The position numbers and the translations under genes were made by a program. Below are positions 17,013-24,478 of a stretch of DNA of 64,000 nt, one piece after another. The DNA is from an uncultured Clostridia bacterium. Its GTDB lineage: Bacteria > Bacillota > Clostridia > Christensenellales > UBA1242. Position 1 is the first letter of the stretch, and the number at the start of each line of letters is the position of its first letter. The notes beneath the pieces were generated by a model. It saw nothing but the letters and a program-made list of their open reading frames with translations. It was not told the DNA's origin and made no database searches. The stretch is taken from positions 340,107 to 404,106 of the forward strand of contig CAKVGK010000001.1 in the NCBI GenBank assembly GCA_934747385.1. Reading direction: 5' to 3'.

Positions 17013-18035
17013 ATGCAAAACAAAATACAAGAAATTTTGAGTTATGTTAAAGAAAAAATTGAAGAAATTAAAACCAGCGTAAAATGCCAAGCATTGCGTG
17101 TTGAAGTTTTGGGCAAATCTGGCAAATTGACCGAACTTTTCCGCTTTATGAAGGACGTGCCAAAAGAACAAAAGCAAGAAATGGGTCAACTTTTGAACAG
17201 TGCTAAAAACGAGGCAGAAAAATTGATTGACGCAAAAGAAACACTGCTTGCAGACGCAGAACTTAACGAAAAACTCATGAATGAAAAAATTGACGTAACA
17301 CTTGACACCGCCACAGATGAAATTGGCGCGCTTCACCCAGTTACGCTTGACTTTATTCGCATGGGCGAAATTTTAACAGGTATGGGTTTCAGCCAAATTG
17401 ATGGGCCAGAAATTGAATTGGACAAATACAACTTTGAATTGGTGAATGTGCCAAAAGACCACCCTAGTCGTGACATGCAAGACAGCCTTTATATCACCCC
17501 AGAAATTTTAATGCGCACTCAAACCAGCAACACTCAACCAAGAGCAATGGAAAAAATTAAACCACCATTTAAAGTGTTCAGTTTTGGACGCGTGTTCCGT
17601 AAGGACGAAATAGACGCAACACACACCCCAGCTTTCCACCAGCTTGAAGGCATTTATATTGATAAAAAAGTGTCACTTTCAGACTTAAAACATGACTTGA
17701 GCCTCATTTTGAAGAAATATCTTGGCGAAGCCACAAAAACAAAATTTAGGGCAAGTTTCTTCCCATTTACTGAACCTAGCGTTGAAGTTGACGCAGAATG
17801 CAATGTGTGCAAAGGCAAAGGTTGCCCAGCATGCAAAGGTGCAGGTCAATATGAAATTTTGGGTGCAGGCATGATTCATCCTCACGTTTTGGAAATGAAC
17901 GGCATTGACCCTAACGTTTATAGTGGCTACGCGTTTGGTTTTGGTTTTGACCGCTTCCCAAAAATGCGTTACAAAATCCCTAATGCAAAAGTTATGTTCG
18001 AAAACGACATAAGGTTTATAGAGCAATTCAAGTAA
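17013..18035 (+). CDS. pheS: phenylalanyl-tRNA synthetase alpha subunit
   Basis: Start at ATG 17013 (MQNKIQEIL, RBS AAGGAGAG). Class II core FSFGRVFRKDEIDATHTPAFHQLEG and GFGFDRFPKMRY. Confidence 0.93.
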   Translation: MQNKIQEILSYVKEKIEEIKTSVKCQALRVEVLGKSGKLTELFRFMKDVPKEQKQEMGQLLNSAKNEAEKLIDAKETLLADAELNEKLMNEKIDVTLDTATDEIGALHPVTLDFIRMGEILTGMGFSQIDGPEIELDKYNFELVNVPKDHPSRDMQDSLYITPEILMRTQTSNTQPRAMEKIKPPFKVFSFGRVFRKDEIDATHTPAFHQLEGIYIDKKVSLSDLKHDLSLILKKYLGEATKTKFRASFFPFTEPSVEVDAECNVCKGKGCPACKGAGQYEILGAGMIHPHVLEMNGIDPNVYSGYAFGFGFDRFPKMRYKIPNAKVMFENDIRFIEQFK

Positions 18036-18054
18036 GTAGGCAAAGGAGAAGAAA

Positions 18055-20430
18055 ATGAAAGTATTATTATCATGGATTAATGATTATGTTAACACCAGTA
18101 ATATTGAATTAAAAACTCTTGTTAAGGGTTTGACAGACGCTGGTTTTGAAGTTGAAGAAGTTATTGACAAATCCAAAGGGCTTGACCATGTGGTTGTTGC
18201 AAACATAACTGAAATAAACCGCCACCCTAATGCGGACAAATTGGTTATTTGCCAATGCACATATGGTTTTGGCAAAACTCAAATTGTAACACACGCCACA
18301 AACATGAACGTTGGTGACAATGTGGTTTTGGCTCTTGATGGCGCAAATTTGCCAAACGGTGCATGCATCAAAAATGGTGAACTCCGTGGCGTTCCAAGCA
18401 ATGGCATGTTCTGCGCAGGCGAAGAATTGTGTATTGACGACAGCATTTACCCAGGCGCAAGTGTTGACGGCTTGCTTATTTTGGCACCGGACTGCGTGCC
18501 TGGCACACCGATTGCAGAAGTTCTTGGTTTAAACGAGGTTGTTTTGGACGTGAATGTTTTGCCAAACCGCGCAGATTGCAACTCCATTTACGCAATTGCA
18601 AAAGAGATTGGCGCAATTTTTAATTTGCCAGTTAAACCTCTTGATTTAACTTACACTGCAACCGGCAGCAAAAAAGTTGACGTTAAAGTTGAAGCAACAG
18701 ATTTGTGCCCAAGATACGAAAGTGTTGTTGTTGAAAATGTTAAAAATGGTGCCAGCCCAGCCTGGATGCAAAAGCGTCTGACCCTGCTTGACCACACCCC
18801 GCACTCACTTTATGTGGACATAACAAACTATGTTTTGTTGGAAGTTGGTCAACCTATGCACGCATTTGATTTAAGCAAAATTAAAGGTAACCAAATTATT
18901 GTCCGACGTGCGCACAACGGGGAAAAACTTTTAACTTTAGACGAAAAAGAGAACGAACTCAACCCAGAAAACCTTGTTATTGCCAACGCGGAAGAGCCTA
19001 TGGTTATTGCAGGCATTATGGGCGGAATGGAGTCTGGCACATATGAAACAACTCAAAGCGTTATGCTTGAAAGTGCAAACTTCCATTTTGCAAACATTCG
19101 TAGGTCAGCGCACGCACTTGGCATGTTGAGCGACAGTTGCATTCGTTACAGCAAAGGCGTCAACATAGAAAACACCGAAGTTGGCTTAAAACGTGCGCTT
19201 AATTTGATAACCAAACTTAACGCCGGCACAATTTCCAACCAAATTATTGATGTTCACACCACTCTGCCCGCTCAACGCACAGTTGAAAGCAGCGTGTGCC
19301 GCATCAATGAACGCCTTGGGCTTGAAATTCCAGCAGAGGAAATGGTGCGTATTTTAAACAAATTGGACATTAAAACCACTGTCAATGGCGACAGGCTTGT
19401 GTCAATAATTCCTTGCGAACGCACTGACATTGAGCGCGAGTGCGACATTTGCGAAGAGGTTGGCAGAATTTATGGCTTGGACAAAATCAGCATTGAAAGC
19501 AACACTGCAACAGATTTTCACACTGTTGGTGAATTGACAGTGGAACAAAAAAATATTAACAAACTTAAAGTTAACAGTGCCTTATTTGGCTTTGATGAAA
19601 CCCTCACTTGGCAGTTTGGCAGTCCAAAAACAATTCAAAACGCAGGGTTAAATTTGGCTGAACATATTGTTATTGCTAACCCAATTGGGCAAGATTATAG
19701 TGTTGTGCGCCGCAGCCTTATTCCTGGCATGCTTAACACAATCAGTTTCAACTTAAAGCAAGGCAACAAAGACCTTAAATTGTTTGAATTGGCTCGTGTG
19801 TTTATTGCAAAACAACTGCCTTTAACCGAACTCCCTGACGAACACAACAATTTGTGCTTGAGCATGACCGGGAATTACGATTTTTACAACCTTAAAGGTC
19901 GCCTTAACAAAATTATGGCAAGCATTGGCGTAACTCTTGAATATCGCCAAGCACAAAACACAATGTTCCACCCTGGCATTTGTGCAGACATTTATTTGTA
20001 CAACCGCAAAATTGGTGAGATTGGTGAAATTCACCCAAGCATTTTGAAAAATTTTGACATTAACCAAAAAGTTTTGATGGCAGAAATCAACTTAAGCAAT
20101 GTAATTTGCCGTTTGAACGACCGCCACACAGGCAACGCGCCAGACAAATTGCCATATATCACTCGTGACCTTGCCATTGTTGTTGACCGCGATACTCCAG
20201 CCAGCGAAATAATTAAAGTTGCCTTAAAGGCAGACAAACAGAATATTGTTAACGCAAAAGTGTTTGACGTATACGTTTCCGACAGTGTTGGCGAGCATAA
20301 AAAGAGTGTTGCATTCACTTTGTCAATTCGTCAGGGTGAAAAGCCATTGGCGGAAAACGAAATTTCACCTATCGTAGAAAAAGTTTTGCAAGCAGAAATT
20401 TCCACATTGAATGCAACTTTGCGAGCATAA
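18055..20430 (+). CDS. pheT: phenylalanyl-tRNA synthetase beta subunit
   Basis: 791 aa, immediately after pheS. N-terminal tRNA-binding OB region (HPNADKLVICQ), B3/4-B5 core and an FDX-ACB-like C-terminus (DLAIVVD...SVAFTLSIR). Confidence 0.93.
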   Translation: MKVLLSWINDYVNTSNIELKTLVKGLTDAGFEVEEVIDKSKGLDHVVVANITEINRHPNADKLVICQCTYGFGKTQIVTHATNMNVGDNVVLALDGANLPNGACIKNGELRGVPSNGMFCAGEELCIDDSIYPGASVDGLLILAPDCVPGTPIAEVLGLNEVVLDVNVLPNRADCNSIYAIAKEIGAIFNLPVKPLDLTYTATGSKKVDVKVEATDLCPRYESVVVENVKNGASPAWMQKRLTLLDHTPHSLYVDITNYVLLEVGQPMHAFDLSKIKGNQIIVRRAHNGEKLLTLDEKENELNPENLVIANAEEPMVIAGIMGGMESGTYETTQSVMLESANFHFANIRRSAHALGMLSDSCIRYSKGVNIENTEVGLKRALNLITKLNAGTISNQIIDVHTTLPAQRTVESSVCRINERLGLEIPAEEMVRILNKLDIKTTVNGDRLVSIIPCERTDIERECDICEEVGRIYGLDKISIESNTATDFHTVGELTVEQKNINKLKVNSALFGFDETLTWQFGSPKTIQNAGLNLAEHIVIANPIGQDYSVVRRSLIPGMLNTISFNLKQGNKDLKLFELARVFIAKQLPLTELPDEHNNLCLSMTGNYDFYNLKGRLNKIMASIGVTLEYRQAQNTMFHPGICADIYLYNRKIGEIGEIHPSILKNFDINQKVLMAEINLSNVICRLNDRHTGNAPDKLPYITRDLAIVVDRDTPASEIIKVALKADKQNIVNAKVFDVYVSDSVGEHKKSVAFTLSIRQGEKPLAENEISPIVEKVLQAEISTLNATLRA

Positions 20431-20438
20431 TCGTCGCA

Positions 20439-20480
20439 ACACGCCATTAAGTTAGTTCGCTAGCTAAACCAACGCGAACA
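20439..20480 (+). repeat. 42-bp direct repeat, copy 1
   Basis: ACACGCCATTAAGTTAGTTCGCTAGCTAAACCAACGCGAACA, identical to 20580-20621. It contains an internal GTTCGC/GCGAAC hairpin. Confidence 0.85.
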
Positions 20481-20506
20481 TAAACCTATAGGCGGTTGCT
20501 CCTCTT

Positions 20507-20541
20507 CCCCAACAAATCCACTAGTTTTGGCTTTGTTGGGG
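20507..20541 (+). repeat. CCCC/GGGG hairpin module (reference copy)
   Basis: CCCCAACAAA-[TCCACTAGTTTTGGC]-TTTGTTGGGG, a perfect 10-bp stem with a 15-nt loop, followed by GCCCATTGTAAAAAC. Confidence 0.65.
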
Positions 20542-20579
20542 GCCCATTGTAAAAACCTCTTACGTTTTGTTACACAACT

Positions 20580-20621
20580 ACACGCCATTAAGTTAGTTCG
20601 CTAGCTAAACCAACGCGAACA
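20580..20621 (+). repeat. 42-bp direct repeat, copy 2
   Basis: Identical to 20439-20480, with a 141-bp period. Confidence 0.85.
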
Positions 20622-20640
20622 AGAAAATAAGTTATCCACA

Positions 20641-20669
20641 AAAAATACACCAAGAAGGTGTATTTTTTT
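20641..20669. terminator. bidirectional terminator (pheT / gerAC convergent)
   Basis: ATACACC-AAGAA-GGTGTAT, flanked by A5 on the left and T6 on the right. Confidence 0.65.
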
Positions 20670-21894
20670 AATATTCGCTTTCAATTGTCACATTCATTTG
20701 AAAATCTATGCCTTGAAGATAGTTTTCCTTGCCCACTTGATTTAAATATTCCTTAAATTGTTTGTTTTTAAAGCAGTTGAAGTTTTGATAAATTTTTAAA
20801 ATGTCCAAATTGTTGGTTTTACAAAAGTTTACAGCATTGCTCAAATTGTTTTCCACTTTTTCCTTTATTTTTGAAAGCAATGTAGCAGTGTAAAACTCTT
20901 TGTTGCGACGCATAAACGAAGATTTTTGCTTGTTTTGCACAATTTCTTCAATGTACATTGTAAGCGTTAAATCCAATTTATAAATTGGTTTGTCATTTTC
21001 AAAACTGACTTTAATTTTTGGCTTAGTTTTTGTTATGTTCATAACCACGGTGGCGTCGTCGTAAATTTTGTCCGTCACGTTGTTTATAATAAGCAAACCT
21101 TTATATTCTTTATTAACAAACAAATTCATATTTTGCCCAGACTCAAAGTTCAGTTCAGTTTGTTTTTTGCCAAACTTGAATATTCCCATTGTTCCGTCGT
21201 TTAAAAGATAAAGTTTTTCATTTTGCTCTGTTTGGGCTGTTCCCTCACTTTCGCCCTGTGCGTTTGCCTGAACCTGAATGGCGTTGTCGACTTGCTGTTT
21301 TTTAACTGTTATTTTTGGCAAAACACCAATGCCTATGTCGCTGAAATAGCCGCGATAAAAGTTGTCTATGTTGCTGCCTTCTGACAGAATGTATTGTTTG
21401 TCAAAATTTATGACTTGTTCAATTTTAAGTTGCTTTTGAGTGTACAAGTTTTTCATGGCGTCGCTAAAGTCTTGAATGTCGCCACCAAAATTTATCAGCA
21501 TTGCGTTGCGGCTGACCTTTTTTAACCTAACCATAAAATCAAGTGCACTAATAATCCCAAGTGAGCAAAGATTATCTCCAAAAGCCATAACTTCGCACTG
21601 CGAAAATCCCATTTCTTTGCCTATTGACAGGGAAATATTGTCCATGGCATCGCCCAAAGTTTCACCAACTGCGTTATAAAAATTATAAGTTGGTTTTTTA
21701 CCCTCACCAGGCGCCAGCACGCTTGCACTCAGTGCAAATTGGTCGTCTTTAAAATCCACCGACATTAAAGTTACAATTGCCTCAGTTTGGCTCATGGCTA
21801 GTTTGCTAAATTCTGGAATAGTTACAATAAGCAACAATACAAACAACCAAACAACCAATTTTCTTGGGCTAAATATTGTTTTAACTTTTTGCAT
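20668..21894 (-). CDS. spore germination receptor C subunit (GerAC family)
   Basis: 408 aa, third gene of an A-B-C operon with overlapping junctions. N-terminal hydrophobic anchor. Position and size fit GerxC. No lipobox Cys is visible. Confidence 0.65.
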   Translation of the reverse strand: MQKVKTIFSPRKLVVWLFVLLLIVTIPEFSKLAMSQTEAIVTLMSVDFKDDQFALSASVLAPGEGKKPTYNFYNAVGETLGDAMDNISLSIGKEMGFSQCEVMAFGDNLCSLGIISALDFMVRLKKVSRNAMLINFGGDIQDFSDAMKNLYTQKQLKIEQVINFDKQYILSEGSNIDNFYRGYFSDIGIGVLPKITVKKQQVDNAIQVQANAQGESEGTAQTEQNEKLYLLNDGTMGIFKFGKKQTELNFESGQNMNLFVNKEYKGLLIINNVTDKIYDDATVVMNITKTKPKIKVSFENDKPIYKLDLTLTMYIEEIVQNKQKSSFMRRNKEFYTATLLSKIKEKVENNLSNAVNFCKTNNLDILKIYQNFNCFKNKQFKEYLNQVGKENYLQGIDFQMNVTIESEY

Positions 21895-22984
21895 GTTTCA
21901 CCTCTTTTGACCGAACAACATTGTTATGAATTGCGTTTGCCAAAATTAATATTAATGGCAAAACGTAACTTGCCACAATTGTTATGCAACTGACAATAGG
22001 GTTATAAAACAAAGCCTCTGGCTCTATCGTTTTTTTGCCCCATATGCCCCAAAACACAATGTATGTGTCCAAAGCAAGAACTCCAATTGTTGTTGATTTT
22101 ATGTTGAACAAGTGCAAAAATGCCTGCACCATACAAAACGAATACAGTGCAAAACTTACCATTTGCGCCACAACCCACAAACTGACAACAAGCCAACTCA
22201 ATTCCCCAATGCTGGAACGCGAGCCATTGAATTGTGAAATGTCACTCACACAAAATTGGTGTGTTGGGCTGGTTACGCCAAATAAACCATAAAACACAAA
22301 ATATAAGAGCAAAGTGACAGCAATTGCAACCAACATAAAAACAATTAGCGTGCGTTTTTTTGCATCCTTAAAATCCACATAACCATAGATCAACAACAAA
22401 AAGGTTGAAGACCCAAACCAAGAAACATATTTAAAACCAGTGTACAAAACCGGCTGAACCCCATCTTCAAACATTGGCAAAAAGGAAGTTAAGTCCACAC
22501 CTGAAAACGCTTTTATGGCAATATAGATGCAGGCAAACAAAATTGGCAGCCAAAGCAATTCAAACATTCGGGCAATATTTCTTATGCCTTTGTAAACCGT
22601 AAATCCAACCACTGCCATGAGTGGAATGCCATAATAAAACCACGAAAATTCTTCGTAAAAATTTTGAATTATAAACAACTCCAACCCTTTGCCAATGATT
22701 GCCAAAACAATGGCAAAATACAAAAGTAAAACTGCCAAAACCACTTTTGCCACAACAACACCCATTATTTCTTTCAAAAAGTCATAAAAAGATCTGTTCT
22801 TGTTTTTTTGCATTAAACCAACAATCATTAATGCATAAATAAAGTCAACAGTCATCAAAACAACAGGCACAACCCAGCCCATATTTTTTGCGTCCTCATA
22901 CAGCAGCCCAGGCAGAGCCATAAGTTTAACTGCAACAAAACTCATCATAACCAAAATGGACATTTGCCTATAACTAATCTTCAT
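21881..22984 (-). CDS. spore germination receptor B subunit (GerAB, APC-type permease fold)
   Basis: 367 aa with about 10 TM segments. It sits between the A and C subunits and overlaps both (11 and 14 nt). Confidence 0.75.
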   Translation of the reverse strand: MKISYRQMSILVMMSFVAVKLMALPGLLYEDAKNMGWVVPVVLMTVDFIYALMIVGLMQKNKNRSFYDFLKEIMGVVVAKVVLAVLLLYFAIVLAIIGKGLELFIIQNFYEEFSWFYYGIPLMAVVGFTVYKGIRNIARMFELLWLPILFACIYIAIKAFSGVDLTSFLPMFEDGVQPVLYTGFKYVSWFGSSTFLLLIYGYVDFKDAKKRTLIVFMLVAIAVTLLLYFVFYGLFGVTSPTHQFCVSDISQFNGSRSSIGELSWLVVSLWVVAQMVSFALYSFCMVQAFLHLFNIKSTTIGVLALDTYIVFWGIWGKKTIEPEALFYNPIVSCITIVASYVLPLILILANAIHNNVVRSKEVKHAKS

Positions 22985-24428
22985 TGTTGCGCCTCCTGTT
23001 CAAATTGTGTTTGTTGTTTGCAATGGATTTTGGACGCTGCATCATTTCCTTGATGGTCTTGCGTTTGAACATGTCCTTTTGGTCACTGGCAATGTATGGT
23101 GCGGTTGGTGCAAGATAAGCGGAATTGTAACTGTCAAAACTGCAAAGATATGAAATGATAAATACACAAAAAGCAATAACCCCATAAAGCCCCAAACAAG
23201 ACCCCATAAGCAACACCAAAAGACGCAAAATACTGAACTGAGCGGCTTGGCTTGGAATAATGTAAAAGGTTATTCCAGATAATGCCACAATCATAACTGC
23301 AGGCGGACTAACAAGCCCTGCTTCGACGGCTGTCTCGCCCAAAATTAGCGCACCAACAATGCTCATTGCTATGCCAAAGTATTGTGGCATGCGCAAGTTT
23401 GCCTCGTACAAAATTTCAAACAACAAAATTATAAACAATACCTCCACAAAAGGCGAAAAAGGTATGCCTTGTGTGGTGTTCATAATTGTAACCAAAAATT
23501 CTATTGGCAAAACTTTGTAATGGAACTTTTCAAGTGCCACATACATTCCAGGCAGCAGCACCGCCATAATGACGCCCACAAAGCGCAAAATCCTTACGAA
23601 AGTAACGCGGATTGGTTGGCTGTAATAGTCATCGCTGTTCTGCATATCCTCCATTAAAACAAAAGGCAGAGTCAAAGCAATTGGGCTGCCATCAACCAAA
23701 ATGCCAATTCTGCCCTCAAGCATTTTTCCAACCAGAATGTCTGGCTTTTCTGTGTCACCGACCTGTTTAAAAAGCGATTTTGGGTTTTTTTGCAAATAGC
23801 TAACCAAATAGTGACTGTCAATCAACCCATCAATTTCAATCTTATTAAGGCGTTTTAGAATATGCTTAACCACTTTTTTGTCCGCCACCGAGTCAAAATA
23901 CAAAACAGCCACCTGAGTTTTGGTCAGTTTGCCAATTTCAAGGGTTGTAACCACCAAATCGTCTGTTTTTGCACGTCTTCTAACCATGCTGAGGTTGTAT
24001 TTTATGCTTTCGTTAAAGCCCTCTCTTGGGCCTTTGATAACCACACTTGTTGGAGGCTCATTAACTGCACGAACAACAATTTTTTCAACGTCACAAGACA
24101 ATATTTCACTGGCATTTTGCACCAACACCAAAGCATTGCCTTGCAGCATTTTATCAACTGCCTGCTCCACACTTTTTGCTGAACTAATCTCACTGTTGGC
24201 AAGCACATTGTTTTTTAGTTCGCTTAAAACGTCGTCAGTTTGCTTTTCCTCGTACGAGCAGATTGGATAAATAAGTGAGTCGTTTAAAATTTTATCGTCT
24301 GTCAAATCCGCAATGTAACAAAGCATAATTTGCGTGCCAAAAAACTGCACAGAACGCGTTTTTAAATCGCTGCTTTCGTGCAGTTTGGATTTTATTTCTT
24401 CCATTGTTTTAACTGCATCAACTTTCAT
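22974..24428 (-). CDS. spore germination receptor A subunit (GerAA/SpoVAF family)
   Basis: 484 aa with a soluble N-terminal half and 4-5 C-terminal TM segments. Family-like blocks LCYIADLTD, VIKGPREGFNESI and GRIGILVDGSPIALTLPF. Confidence 0.85.
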   Translation of the reverse strand: MKVDAVKTMEEIKSKLHESSDLKTRSVQFFGTQIMLCYIADLTDDKILNDSLIYPICSYEEKQTDDVLSELKNNVLANSEISSAKSVEQAVDKMLQGNALVLVQNASEILSCDVEKIVVRAVNEPPTSVVIKGPREGFNESIKYNLSMVRRRAKTDDLVVTTLEIGKLTKTQVAVLYFDSVADKKVVKHILKRLNKIEIDGLIDSHYLVSYLQKNPKSLFKQVGDTEKPDILVGKMLEGRIGILVDGSPIALTLPFVLMEDMQNSDDYYSQPIRVTFVRILRFVGVIMAVLLPGMYVALEKFHYKVLPIEFLVTIMNTTQGIPFSPFVEVLFIILLFEILYEANLRMPQYFGIAMSIVGALILGETAVEAGLVSPPAVMIVALSGITFYIIPSQAAQFSILRLLVLLMGSCLGLYGVIAFCVFIISYLCSFDSYNSAYLAPTAPYIASDQKDMFKRKTIKEMMQRPKSIANNKHNLNRRRNNED

Positions 24429-24478
24429 AATTATAGTTTGAATAGTTAAAACAAAATTATTCTTTTGCGCAAATCAAT

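Noticed and set aside
20439-20621. Interpreting the 42-bp direct repeats as target-site duplications of a MITE, or as integron attC sites
   Set aside because: 42 bp, together with 17 bp and 77 bp at the sister loci, is far longer and more variable than known target-site duplications. There is no terminal inverted repeat at the core ends. The GTTRRRY/RYYYAAC attC core sites are not matched, and no integrase is present. The repeats are kept only as a descriptive repeat family.
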